Origin: a virus
Lineage: Duplodnaviria > Heunggongvirae > Uroviricota > Caudoviricetes
Virus record (IMG/VR): IMGVR_UViG_3300035396_000446
Span: 35,006 to 99,005 of that record
DNA length: 64,000 bases
Strand: one strand, 5' to 3'
Part shown: positions 8,962 through 18,790 of the stretch, piece by piece
Layout: each line of letters begins with the position of its first letter
Numbering within the stretch: position 1 is the stretch's first letter
The notes under the pieces: generated by a model
Seen by the model: only the letters and a program-made list of their open reading frames with translations
Database searches by the model: none
Told to the model about the DNA's origin: nothing
Position numbers and translations under genes: made by a program

Positions 8962-11900
8962 TTAGTCGAATAAGTTTAAATAATCTAAAACATTGTCTGA
9001 TTTTTTTGATTCTACTAAGGATGCTTCAATATCCAGTATAACAGAGCTCAGTTGAACGTTATTGAGGTCTCTCTTTCTACTAGCGTCAAAAAGCTGTGAG
9101 ATTACCTTTTTGATAGACAAAAGGTCAGGAAAAACACTGGCATATAAGCTATTTATCGCTCGTAAATATGCCCTACAAAAATCCTCAAAAAATTGTTTAT
9201 TTGAAAAATTTAGATTTTTTGAGTTCATAGCTTTTTTACTTTTAAAAAAACTATCTAGCTTCTTTTTATTTAATCCAAAAGAATCTACGTCTGTTGCAAG
9301 TATTTCACGCACAGCGTCGCCCATTTGTATAACATAGGTTCCTTCCGAATTTTTAGATATTTGCGTTATACTAACTGTATCTAAAGCTTCATCCTCTAGT
9401 AATTTAGCAACCCTTAGAAAAAAACTACCGATCTTATTTTGTTTTTTATCTACTATTAGCTTATATAACTCCATTGTATCACTTGCATAAATAGATTGTA
9501 TAAAGCTAGATAGAGTCATATTTATCTGTGCAACACCCTCTCCTCCAGTTGCTTTTATTTTCTTTAAAAATGCATCACTAATTATTGTGCATACATTATT
9601 AGGAGACATGGATTTATTCTTATCATCGTATGCATTAGAAAATGGCTTTACATTTATAGAATCTAGAAAAGCTGCGAATACTTCTCTAGACACCTTACTT
9701 CCAGAAAATATCATATCCTTTATAGAGGAATTAGTAATCGTTTGACCTTTAGTATTTATAATTCTGTATTTATCCACAAACTTCATTATTGCATAGACTA
9801 AGGGAGATCTAGAATCCACATTGATATCTCTGGTGGAGATGTCATATTTTTTTATCTGCGAAGTAAAGTCTTTAGCTTTTTTTTGTAACGTTGTATCGTT
9901 TAAGTAACTAAGAAAAGTTTCATTTTTAGATATTGACTTTTTAGAAATATAATTTGCTCTCTGAAGACTCGGTTGAAGCTTTGACTGTTCTTCTACACTG
10001 CTATTGTATATATTCACAAATTCTGTAAACATTTTATTTAAGGTAGAGTAAGGAAGCCCATACATTATATAGAAAGAATAAGAAGCGAACCACTCTTCTA
10101 AACTTACAAGACTTATAGCATCCTTTGATAAAATGGAGCTATATTTTTGTGTATCTCCAATGATATCCCGAGCGCCATTTATAATACCTTTTATTTGTGC
10201 ATCTGTTAGTATCAAGTTTCGATGCTGTGAACTAGGTACCATGCCTTTTTGAGTTTTATATATAACCGGGACGGCTCCCACTGCCGCATCAGCAGTTAGA
10301 GGAAGGGGCATCTCTAGAAGGATTGCGTCGTCCTGAGATATAGAGAGGTCTTCTGAAAGAACATTATCCTTTATAACTTTTCTTATCTGTTTAAATAGAT
10401 TTTCTATATCCAATTCTTGATTCATGCTCTTTACTGTTTGGAAAGAATTACCACTTTCAGAAAGAAAGTTTCTTAGGACTCCCTCACAGTAATCAACATC
10501 TGACAGTAAAGTAGATTGAATTCTATTGTAAATCTTATTTACTCTGTCTCTCTGATACTCAGAGGAATTATCTAATTCTTCCGCATCATCTTCAGGTGTC
10601 AGTACATCTACTAGGTCTGAATCTGTTGTTATCATTGGATCTTTAATTTTTAAACAAGTAGACAATAGTACAGAATATGTATTACTAACGCGAGAATACT
10701 TATATAGACCATCTCCCTCTTTATTTTTAGTAATATAAGTGTCCAATAAAGACCTGAGCTTTTGAAAATACTTTTTAATATTTTCTTCTTTGAAAATAAA
10801 ATCCTCATCCTCTATTGCCATAATCCTAGATTTTTTTGCAGACTGCTCTTTAATTAACATCTCTACTGGTAGTAAAGAACCTAGGTGTGACATATAAGAC
10901 TCAAAGTATTGAGAAAGATCTGTTTTTTTCCTCTCTCCAATAAAGTCATTATAAAAATTTAAAACAGAGTTAATTTCTGCTACCGGGTTAGTTATTATAA
11001 GACCTGCTTCAACTTGCCCATCATTTTTATTGTCATTTATACTTCTATACTTATTAAAGTTATAGACATTCCCCCAACCACCCTTCGAAGTTCCATCATA
11101 GTAGAAAAATGAAGAATCTCTAATTTCTAATGGTAGAAAATAACTTCCTTCCGCAGTCTTTAATGTTTCAACCGTATCTATAGCATAAATAGCAGTGTAT
11201 GTTTTACCTTCATACGTAACCTTTGGAGGATTCCCAGCAACACCTAAATCACTATATTTTACCATTATAGCGCCAGCCTGCGTAAATCCATCACTAAGCT
11301 TTATCGAAGTATCAGTATATTTGTCATTTAAAACCATATTAGCATATTGCAGCTTTCCGTTATACTGAAGATGGTCTACCTGATTATTATCCCCATCTAT
11401 TATCCTACTTAGACCACTTTCACCCTTTTTTACTAACTTTGGCATATAAGAGTAATGAGGTAATTGATAATAGTGAAAATAGTTAATTATGTTGTCTATA
11501 TTATCAACAGAGATTTTATATGAACCATCTCTCCCTTGTATTTCTATAACGTCGCTGCCTTCAAACAGGCTGGTTAGATATTCTGCTGCTTCTTTTGGTT
11601 GTTTTATAACATCATCAGGATACAGCACATGATAAAGAGTTTCCGGAAGAACTTCCTCGTCCTTAGTATATGTAAGTTCCTTACCATTTTTTTTAATAAT
11701 ATTTAAGCTTTTTGATATTTTACCGCCTAATAGCCTTTTGTGCATAAAAGCATAGAATAATATCTCGTTTATTACTTGTGCAAAAACAAAAGCATTATAC
11801 TGAAGATCTACTTTATCTATATTTTTCTTTTCTTGTTCTGATATATTATTGAATATATCTACTATTCTTTGATCTCGTCCTATGACTATATTCTCTACTT

Positions 11901-12543
11901 CAGTGTCCTCTAATTGTTTTATAAAAGGATCTAAAGAATAGTTCAGTATATCTTGGAAATTTTTATGACCTATTATATTCCCTTCATAAAATTGATTAAA
12001 AAGTGTTGATATTTCCTCTCTATTTTGACTTCTAACTCCATATGACGCCCTCTGCTCTTTTGTTTTTATTACAAGAGGCAGACTAATATTTAAAATAGGG
12101 TTACCTTCCTCATCAAAGTCTGTTTCTTCAATAGCAACATCAGGAAGAGGTTTGTAGGAATGTATAAAGGGAAGAAGTATTACCAGTATTTTTTTCTTCG
12201 CTTCATCATTTAAAGTAGAGGAAAATTTAGGTTGAAGAACTTGATTAATCCATTCGAAAATACCATGCTCATTTTGTGGTGTGTGTTTCGCATTACTTAA
12301 TTCACTGATGCCTAGTAATTTTTTCACTATAAGAGCAAGGGACATAACATCACAAGGGGGTTGCCCATAAGACATGTAATATCTCTTAGCATCATCTCTC
12401 GCAGCCACACCCACTATGTTTTTTGGGTCGCTATATCTTGAGTCAGCACTCTTCGCCTCTTGTAGATCACATTTCTTTATAACTTCAGATGCAATGTCTA
12501 ATAAATAAGCCATATTATTTTTCCTTTTTCTTAGTCTTCCCAA
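8962..12543 (-). CDS. large hypothetical protein (1193 aa)
   Basis: Single uninterrupted 3.58-kb ORF on the gene strand immediately upstream of the FtsZ-like gene. No catalytic motif recognised; could be a virion or cytoskeleton-associated protein. Confidence 0.6.
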   Translation of the reverse strand: MGRLRKRKNNMAYLLDIASEVIKKCDLQEAKSADSRYSDPKNIVGVAARDDAKRYYMSYGQPPCDVMSLALIVKKLLGISELSNAKHTPQNEHGIFEWINQVLQPKFSSTLNDEAKKKILVILLPFIHSYKPLPDVAIEETDFDEEGNPILNISLPLVIKTKEQRASYGVRSQNREEISTLFNQFYEGNIIGHKNFQDILNYSLDPFIKQLEDTEVENIVIGRDQRIVDIFNNISEQEKKNIDKVDLQYNAFVFAQVINEILFYAFMHKRLLGGKISKSLNIIKKNGKELTYTKDEEVLPETLYHVLYPDDVIKQPKEAAEYLTSLFEGSDVIEIQGRDGSYKISVDNIDNIINYFHYYQLPHYSYMPKLVKKGESGLSRIIDGDNNQVDHLQYNGKLQYANMVLNDKYTDTSIKLSDGFTQAGAIMVKYSDLGVAGNPPKVTYEGKTYTAIYAIDTVETLKTAEGSYFLPLEIRDSSFFYYDGTSKGGWGNVYNFNKYRSINDNKNDGQVEAGLIITNPVAEINSVLNFYNDFIGERKKTDLSQYFESYMSHLGSLLPVEMLIKEQSAKKSRIMAIEDEDFIFKEENIKKYFQKLRSLLDTYITKNKEGDGLYKYSRVSNTYSVLLSTCLKIKDPMITTDSDLVDVLTPEDDAEELDNSSEYQRDRVNKIYNRIQSTLLSDVDYCEGVLRNFLSESGNSFQTVKSMNQELDIENLFKQIRKVIKDNVLSEDLSISQDDAILLEMPLPLTADAAVGAVPVIYKTQKGMVPSSQHRNLILTDAQIKGIINGARDIIGDTQKYSSILSKDAISLVSLEEWFASYSFYIMYGLPYSTLNKMFTEFVNIYNSSVEEQSKLQPSLQRANYISKKSISKNETFLSYLNDTTLQKKAKDFTSQIKKYDISTRDINVDSRSPLVYAIMKFVDKYRIINTKGQTITNSSIKDMIFSGSKVSREVFAAFLDSINVKPFSNAYDDKNKSMSPNNVCTIISDAFLKKIKATGGEGVAQINMTLSSFIQSIYASDTMELYKLIVDKKQNKIGSFFLRVAKLLEDEALDTVSITQISKNSEGTYVIQMGDAVREILATDVDSFGLNKKKLDSFFKSKKAMNSKNLNFSNKQFFEDFCRAYLRAINSLYASVFPDLLSIKKVISQLFDASRKRDLNNVQLSSVILDIEASLVESKKSDNVLDYLNLFD

Positions 12544-12895
12544 GCAAATAAAAAGACCACTCTTTATCTTCTAAACTTTTTACATTGTGTGGCATGTCCG
12601 TCTCATACCTTAGAAAATTTAAAAAATCTTCTTTTGTATATAACGAAAATAGATGCATTCTACTAGCCTCTACTTCATAATACGGAACCTCTATAACTTG
12701 CTCGCTGTCCTTATGCTCATAAAATGCTTTACACTTTATCACATCTTTTTTATCGAATCTTATATCAAATAATTTAAAAAACTTTTTAATTTCAGAACTT
12801 TTTATAGTTCCCTCTTTGTCTTGAACTTTAATAGAAAAAGGAGATGGCTCTTCTACATTCTTAAATCGTAGCTTTAAAAATTCATTTAAAATCAT
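12515..12895 (-). CDS. hypothetical protein
   Basis: 126-aa ORF; 29-nt overlap with the downstream large gene. Confidence 0.4.
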   Translation of the reverse strand: MILNEFLKLRFKNVEEPSPFSIKVQDKEGTIKSSEIKKFFKLFDIRFDKKDVIKCKAFYEHKDSEQVIEVPYYEVEASRMHLFSLYTKEDFLNFLRYETDMPHNVKSLEDKEWSFYLLGKTKKKEK

Positions 12896-13257
12896 ACTTC
12901 TTCTTTGTGTGGTAAATAACTTCTTATATCTGTATTTGAGCTACTTAAAAATCGAACCCATCTTACATTTCCATTCTCAATGTACCCAATATTACTGTCT
13001 TGAATAATAAAAGAACCTTCTTTAATATCCCTAAACTTTTCATCCATTATTTTTACTAATTTAGTGAAATTAGTAAAACTATAGAACTTCTTATCTAATA
13101 ACCTATTTTTCAGATAATCATCCATAAACCTGTAAAACTTTCTCCGAATAACTTCCTCATCTTGGTTATTCTCGGCAATTAATTTCTTGTAAAGTTGTTT
13201 CTTAAAATTCAAAAACGGTTCTGTCTTTATGATTATTTCATAGGAAGTAGCTATCAA
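12892..13257 (-). CDS. hypothetical protein
   Basis: 121-aa ORF, ATGA overlap with neighbour. Confidence 0.4.
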   Translation of the reverse strand: MIATSYEIIIKTEPFLNFKKQLYKKLIAENNQDEEVIRRKFYRFMDDYLKNRLLDKKFYSFTNFTKLVKIMDEKFRDIKEGSFIIQDSNIGYIENGNVRWVRFLSSSNTDIRSYLPHKEEV

Positions 13258-13260
13258 TTT

Positions 13261-13467
13261 TTAATCCTTATCTTGAACACTTTCCCCTTTGTCTAATTCT
13301 TTGCGAAAGTCTTCTTTGTATGTATATTCTAACGCTTCGTATACACTATCCCGATAAGAGCTTATCTGTCTGTTTCTTTCTTTTACAAACGCTTCACCTT
13401 CTTTATTGCTAAGAAAGTTCCAAGGATTAGTTTTTACGTCTTCTATAAATACGCTGTCTTTTATCAT
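13261..13467 (-). CDS. hypothetical small protein
   Basis: 68-aa ORF in the operon-like array. Confidence 0.35.
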   Translation of the reverse strand: MIKDSVFIEDVKTNPWNFLSNKEGEAFVKERNRQISSYRDSVYEALEYTYKEDFRKELDKGESVQDKD

Positions 13468-13492
13468 TTTTTAGTTCTCCAATTTATATTTG

Positions 13493-14497
13493 TTAAATAA
13501 ATCTGTAATTATCGTCCTGAATAGGCTCTAATCCAAGTTTATCAAACATGATGTCCTCTACTGTGCTATCTATCTCTTCTAGGTACTCTGATTCCACTGT
13601 TTTTTTTATACTTTTTTCCTGGTCTCGCATAAACTTAGGTTTATTTCCAACAAACTCAGGGATATGTGATTTCTTATTAGGGTCCGTATTTTTAATGAAG
13701 TTATCTATACCTAGTAAAATATACTTAATATCTTCTTCCGAAAAATTATAGTCCCTTCTCAACTCCTCAGACAACGTATCTGGGGAATAAGTGGGAGATT
13801 TTGAGAAACGTATAATATTATTGAAAGTATCCATCACTTTATCATGAATCTTTTTAAAATTTGCATCTTTGTTAGAGAGTTCAGTAAAATGTTTTGGAGA
13901 TTTCATGGTGTCGATCTCATTGTCTGCTACATAATTTTTTACAATAGATTTAAAATAATCAATAACAGAAACAGACCTTGCAAAAACATCTTTTAATAGC
14001 TCTAAGTTTTCAACCTCGGCAGGTGTGTTGTTTTCACTTGACGGTATATTATTTTGAATTTCCTCATCTGGTGCGTCATCTTCAAATGGGTCTTTTCCTG
14101 TCTTAGACTCTATGGCATCCGCTTCCTTTTCTATCTTCTGTTCTTCTTGATCATTTGATGCTTCAAGACTTGCTAGTTTCTCTATGGTTGCTGATAGTTC
14201 TTCTTGTTTCTCTTCAACCGGTTTATTATCTATGGAGTTCGGATTAGAAGATTCTTTTAAAAAGTTTTGTTCAAACTCTTTCTTAAAATTAGAAACATAT
14301 TCATCGAATAAATTTAAAAGAACGCCTTTTACTTGCCCTGTCTTATGTGTTTTTATATAGGCTTCTGACCAATATCTAAAAAGAGATAGACTTCTAATAA
14401 TAGAGTAGGCCGCTGATACTTCGGGGGATGTGTCTTCTTTTAAGATATTGGAAGATTTTAAATATGTACTACATAGTATATCATCTAAATTTGCCAT
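13493..14497 (-). CDS. hypothetical acidic protein
   Basis: 334 aa, strongly acidic central region (EEQKIEKEADAIESK...DPFEDDAPDEE). Confidence 0.45.
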   Translation of the reverse strand: MANLDDILCSTYLKSSNILKEDTSPEVSAAYSIIRSLSLFRYWSEAYIKTHKTGQVKGVLLNLFDEYVSNFKKEFEQNFLKESSNPNSIDNKPVEEKQEELSATIEKLASLEASNDQEEQKIEKEADAIESKTGKDPFEDDAPDEEIQNNIPSSENNTPAEVENLELLKDVFARSVSVIDYFKSIVKNYVADNEIDTMKSPKHFTELSNKDANFKKIHDKVMDTFNNIIRFSKSPTYSPDTLSEELRRDYNFSEEDIKYILLGIDNFIKNTDPNKKSHIPEFVGNKPKFMRDQEKSIKKTVESEYLEEIDSTVEDIMFDKLGLEPIQDDNYRFI

Positions 14498-14826
14498 TAT
14501 TTTACATCCTCGATTTGTTTTCTAATAGAATCAAATAAAATATTAAGCTCATTATATAAGTTTTTAGCACTCTCAGTAGATAATACAAAAGATTTCTCTC
14601 CTAAATTTAAGTTCTCTAGATACTTCTGGATAATCTGATCAATACATTCATTTATAACTTTTTTTAATTTAACTTTATATCCGATGTCAGAGAATAGACC
14701 CTCTTGCAGAGTATCTTCCATTGTCATGCCAACTGAGTATGACTCTAGTAAAAATTTCTCTTCTGATATTAAACCATTTTTAAAATCAGATACTAGTTTA
14801 TTCTTCTTGTATATAGTTTCTAGCAT
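14497..14826 (-). CDS. hypothetical protein
   Basis: 109-aa ORF; its start overlaps the stop of the upstream gene. Confidence 0.4.
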   Translation of the reverse strand: MLETIYKKNKLVSDFKNGLISEEKFLLESYSVGMTMEDTLQEGLFSDIGYKVKLKKVINECIDQIIQKYLENLNLGEKSFVLSTESAKNLYNELNILFDSIRKQIEDVK

Positions 14827-15682
14827 CGTTTATATATTCCCCCTGAACACGTGGTTTCCGTGATGATTTATACTGCTTAGTAGCGTCAGTAGTAGAGTCA
14901 GATACTGTTTCTGTCGGAGTCTCAGGTGGCTGACCGACCGGTGGTTGGTCTACCTGTGTCGTAGTCGCCGGTGTCTGAGTTGTCAAAGGAGCACCTTTAC
15001 CACTGAGTATTGTGTCCAACTCTCTTTGTTGTGTTAGATATAACTGTTTATTTCTTGCGAAGTCGTCTTTTATTTGAGCGTTTTGTTCTGGGTCTATTTG
15101 ACTCTGTATTTGGTTGTTAGGAGATAATTTTGTTCCGTATCTCGCAAAATAAATAACTTTGCCTTTCTCTGGATCGTTTGTTTTGCTTATCTTTGCAAAA
15201 AAAGCATATAATTTAGTAAGTCTAGGATCTCCACTTTTAATAGCCTGTACCGTAGGGGCGAACGATTGCTGACCTATCTTAGACTTCATAGGTCCCGCTT
15301 CTAATTTTTGTAAAATTGCATTTCTTGATTTCTGATCATCTCTTAGTTTCAGCTTTTCAGAAACAAGTTTTAAGTAATTCTGGGAACTTGACTCATATGA
15401 TTTATTAATAGCCTGGTTATATTCGGACTCTATTTTTGATATGGCTTGGGTTTGTCTTTTGACTACATCATTCTTCATAGCGTCCGTTGCACCAGTCATA
15501 ACTCTATTTCCAAGGTCCCCTATCCTATCTAGAAGACCCTCATTAATAAGGTCCTGTTCCGACACCCCTATCGCTATACATTCTTTTAAAATTTCAGTTC
15601 GGGATAGTTTATTTGCTCTTATTTTTTTGAATAGTATAGTTTTCTTTTGTTCTTTCTCTAGTAATTCTTCTATATATGACAT
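14798..15682 (-). CDS. hypothetical protein with C-terminal Thr/Pro/Gln-rich linker
   Basis: 294 aa. The GC-rich stretch 14860-14960 encodes TQTPATTTQVDQPPVGQPPETPTETVSDSTTD. Confidence 0.45.
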   Translation of the reverse strand: MSYIEELLEKEQKKTILFKKIRANKLSRTEILKECIAIGVSEQDLINEGLLDRIGDLGNRVMTGATDAMKNDVVKRQTQAISKIESEYNQAINKSYESSSQNYLKLVSEKLKLRDDQKSRNAILQKLEAGPMKSKIGQQSFAPTVQAIKSGDPRLTKLYAFFAKISKTNDPEKGKVIYFARYGTKLSPNNQIQSQIDPEQNAQIKDDFARNKQLYLTQQRELDTILSGKGAPLTTQTPATTTQVDQPPVGQPPETPTETVSDSTTDATKQYKSSRKPRVQGEYINDARNYIQEE

Positions 15683-15749
15683 ATTGAAATCCTTTTATTG
15701 GCATAGAATATAAGAATTATCTTTATTTTATTTATTTTTTTCGCATAAA

Positions 15750-16988
15750 TTAAGAATTGTAGAAGATATTTGTGACTTTAACGGGAGCCACATCTATCTT
15801 TAACTGACGATAAGCTTCGAGAGCGTGAAATCCGGATAATGCTTGAAACTTTATCTTCCTTGACCTAATTCCAAACTCCATAGCTAATATATCCGACTGT
15901 TGCCATAAAACAGGCTTTTCAAAAGTTTCTTTTTTCTCTATTTTATAAACATACTCTTTAATTTTTTTATGGTCATATTTTGTAAAGTTTCCAAGTTTAA
16001 ACTTCTCATTGTAGTTGTTGATTTCTTCAATAGGCACCTCTGCATCCAATAGAAACTTATCTTTACCATTTTTAAATGGTAAAATTTTGATTAAGTTCTC
16101 ATACTCTTCTTTTTCTTTTGTTGGAGCAAATAATGTTAAGTTTTCCTTGAAATCGAATATCAGGTCTTTATTGATTGGCACATCATTTGGAGTATAGAAG
16201 CAAATTGTATTCTTATTCAAAATCCCTGCCAAGCAGAATAACAAGCTAATATTACAAATAACATGTTTAGAGTTTCTAACTAATTCTATAAGAGTGAGAA
16301 CATTCATATCTTCACTTATAAGGCGAGTAGCCCCGTCGATTATACTTGTGTTTATCTCTATTATTTTATACTTTTTTAAGTCATCTTTACTGTATTTATT
16401 AATAACTTCATCAAATATAAGTTTATCTATTGTTTTTCGTTCATTTCTACCTTGCAGTTGCACCAGAATATACTCGCCAACTATGTCATTGTTCTGTAAG
16501 AATCTATTTACATTATCTTTTTTAGAGGAAGTGTCTGGTAGATAGTAAACAGGTTTTTCATGCTGAATTTGAAGTCTTGTTAAAAAGAAAAAGTAATTAT
16601 TAAACCTGTAGTCATTTTTAACGACGGTGTCTTTATACTGGATCAAAGGTACTTTATCATATTTAATAAATTTTCTAATATATGACACTTGTTGCTGTAT
16701 TGCTCCTACATTTAATGCTATTACATCTTTCTCTTTTACCCATACGTTAGATAAAAGATGATATTTTTCTATGATGTCAGTGCAAGCATCTAAGTACTCA
16801 TTCATATAAGAGGTTGTATTAAACGCAGGTTGATAAGGGCTAAGAACTGCTAAATGAATTATTTTTTCTGGATTTCTTTCTTTATATACCTTAAGGCAAG
16901 AGATGAATACAATTAAATCATCTAATCCATATGGAAAAATATAGAGCTCTTTATTAGACCTGTTATCAATTTTATTTAATTGTACCAT
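15750..16988 (-). CDS. putative glycosyltransferase, divergent GT9-like (GT-B fold)
   Basis: 412 aa. N-terminus ELYIFPYGLDDLIVFISCLK resembles the GT9 LSxLGD N-terminal motif. C-terminal HVICNISLLFCLAGILNKNTICFYTPND resembles the GT9 DTGxxHLAAAxxxPxVxLFGPTD region. Adjacent to a clear GT9 enzyme. Confidence 0.4.
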   Translation of the reverse strand: MVQLNKIDNRSNKELYIFPYGLDDLIVFISCLKVYKERNPEKIIHLAVLSPYQPAFNTTSYMNEYLDACTDIIEKYHLLSNVWVKEKDVIALNVGAIQQQVSYIRKFIKYDKVPLIQYKDTVVKNDYRFNNYFFFLTRLQIQHEKPVYYLPDTSSKKDNVNRFLQNNDIVGEYILVQLQGRNERKTIDKLIFDEVINKYSKDDLKKYKIIEINTSIIDGATRLISEDMNVLTLIELVRNSKHVICNISLLFCLAGILNKNTICFYTPNDVPINKDLIFDFKENLTLFAPTKEKEEYENLIKILPFKNGKDKFLLDAEVPIEEINNYNEKFKLGNFTKYDHKKIKEYVYKIEKKETFEKPVLWQQSDILAMEFGIRSRKIKFQALSGFHALEAYRQLKIDVAPVKVTNIFYNS

Positions 16989-16999
16989 TTTTATTGCCC

Positions 17000-18442
17000 T
17001 TACTCAGTATAACAAATAGTATAGACATCTTTATCCGCCATAGTTATATTTGCATATTCTACTAATGTTGGTAAAGTAGTTTTAATCATATCCATGTCTA
17101 TTGTCTTCTGCTTTATGTAAGATGTTTTATTGTATTTGCTGAACTTATCTATAATAATAAACTTTTTATTTTTATATTTTTCTAGGTCTTTGAAGCTATC
17201 TAACCAAGATAGAGTATTGCTCATAAATACTGTATCTACATCTTCTGGTAGCTCATTACTGTCTGTTATCAAAGTATAATTATTTGGTATATTAAAAGAC
17301 CCCGGATATTTATCATATCCATACATTTTTTCAAAAGTTTTACTCAAAGCAATATTGAATACTCCCATGCCAACTCCAAAATCCAATACAGTTTTTCCAA
17401 AAATGTCCTTTTTCTCTGAAAGAAGGGCAAGAACATTTGGTAAAAAAGAAATAGATTCAGGCTCGTAGCTATGATGCCTTTTCCAAAATCTTTCTATGTT
17501 TTTTTCAGGATAAGGGAACACTTTCTCTATTCTAAGAGCAGCCTCTACTACTTCATCCGCAGGAAGAGAGTATAAGCACTCCACATTTTTTTGCTCTTTT
17601 TCGCATTGAGTCTCGCTTACCATCATAACACAAGGCTGGCATTTCATACCTTTTGTAACAATAGCAATTGGATTATTCCAAGGTTTAACCCGTACAGAAG
17701 GAGTAGGCCCGAGAATCATTACAGTTGGAGCCCCTGTTGCGTTAGCAAGATGAGTATTACCACTATCGTTCCCGAGATACACACCGCAATTTGCAATTAG
17801 TCCAGCGGTCTCATATAGGTCTAACTTACCAATAAAGTTAGAGCAATTGTTTGGAAAATTAAACTTATCGTCTTTTTCAGAAGATCCTCCGACAATAGCG
17901 ATATTACCCTTCAATCTTCTTGCAACCTCTGCAAAATAAGGGTACTTTTTATTATTCCCGCCTGCGCCAGCACAAATAACGTAATCAAAATATTCAAACT
18001 CATTCGTAGGAAAATTAACCTTTGCTCTTGGAATTTCCCCAATATACCCCAATTCTCTGGCATAACGAAAGTTAAGCTCCGTGTCATTCATTTTACCAAG
18101 GTCTTTGGCTATATCTGGGTCTTGCATAACCTCAGAACCATCAAAATCTTCCTTCCAATATTTGTAGGACTCAATATGCCCAAACTCGGTAAGAATTATT
18201 TTACTGTAACCTTGTTTACCAATTCTTTCCGCATGTACATTATAAATATTATTAACTTCGGGAATAGAGAAAAGTTGTCTATACCCTGAAAAATTACATC
18301 TAATCGCAAGGTCTACGGTATACCCGAGCTCATGAATAGCTATGATTGTTGGGGTAATTTGGATCATATTTCCAATACCCTCTCCCATAAAAATTAAAAC
18401 TTTTTCTTTTGAATCCAATGTTTCATCCTTTCTATATAGCAT
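17000..18442 (-). CDS. GT9-family glycosyltransferase (heptosyltransferase-like) fused to a C-terminal class-I SAM-dependent methyltransferase
   Basis: 480 aa. GT9 motifs: KVLIFMGEGIGNMIQITP (N-terminal), ICAGAGGNNKKYP...IAIVGGSSEKDD, LGNDSGNTHLANATGAPTVMILGPTPS. C-terminal VLDFGVGMGVFNIALSK is SAM-MTase motif I. Confidence 0.7.
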   Translation of the reverse strand: MLYRKDETLDSKEKVLIFMGEGIGNMIQITPTIIAIHELGYTVDLAIRCNFSGYRQLFSIPEVNNIYNVHAERIGKQGYSKIILTEFGHIESYKYWKEDFDGSEVMQDPDIAKDLGKMNDTELNFRYARELGYIGEIPRAKVNFPTNEFEYFDYVICAGAGGNNKKYPYFAEVARRLKGNIAIVGGSSEKDDKFNFPNNCSNFIGKLDLYETAGLIANCGVYLGNDSGNTHLANATGAPTVMILGPTPSVRVKPWNNPIAIVTKGMKCQPCVMMVSETQCEKEQKNVECLYSLPADEVVEAALRIEKVFPYPEKNIERFWKRHHSYEPESISFLPNVLALLSEKKDIFGKTVLDFGVGMGVFNIALSKTFEKMYGYDKYPGSFNIPNNYTLITDSNELPEDVDTVFMSNTLSWLDSFKDLEKYKNKKFIIIDKFSKYNKTSYIKQKTIDMDMIKTTLPTLVEYANITMADKDVYTICYTE

Positions 18443-18511
18443 ACTACGTCTAGACTTAGCACGAGGTAGGCTTTCCTATATTGTTTTTTCTTGATAAAAT
18501 AAAGTACGTCT

Positions 18512-18790
18512 TTAATTCCCATCGTGTAAGTATGCGTGTGGTTCGTAAGTTGCTCCGCATATATTACATTGACGGTAACTATTAACATACGGAACCTTTT
18601 CGTGTAAAACTAAACGCCCATTTTTACAATTTGGGCATAGATCTTTGACAGCTACAATATTGTGTATCTCTGAAATCAACATCTGGTCTTCCAGGATATG
18701 TAACAGCAACCGAGCTCGATCTTTTTTCGTAAAATCTTCTGTTTCTGTCTTTGCTAATTTCAAAATTAATTCTATGTATTCTTTATTCAT
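18512..18790 (-). CDS. small zinc-ribbon protein
   Basis: 92 aa with CPNCKNG...CNICGATY (CxxC...CxxC). Confidence 0.4.
   Translation of the reverse strand: MNKEYIELILKLAKTETEDFTKKDRARLLLHILEDQMLISEIHNIVAVKDLCPNCKNGRLVLHEKVPYVNSYRQCNICGATYEPHAYLHDGN

Noticed and set aside
8717-9337. Plus-strand ORFs 8717-8953 and 9062-9337
   Set aside because: They overlap well-supported minus-strand genes (the FtsZ-like and 1193-aa genes). Low-complexity translation, no RBS; typical antisense artefacts in AT-rich DNA. The same applies to the other short plus-strand ORFs in the track (for example 13548-13751, 15441-15713, 16015-16197, 17591-17800, 23544-23732, 24381-24683, 29547-30058, 31304-31663, 34851-35186, 40076-40441, 54472-55148 and 62029-62727).
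8962-12543. The 1193-aa protein as a phage RNA polymerase subunit or chimallin-like nuclear shell protein
   Set aside because: No NADFDGD or other double-psi beta-barrel RNAP motifs were seen. The size does not fit chimallin. Nothing in the sequence supports a specific assignment, so it is left as hypothetical.
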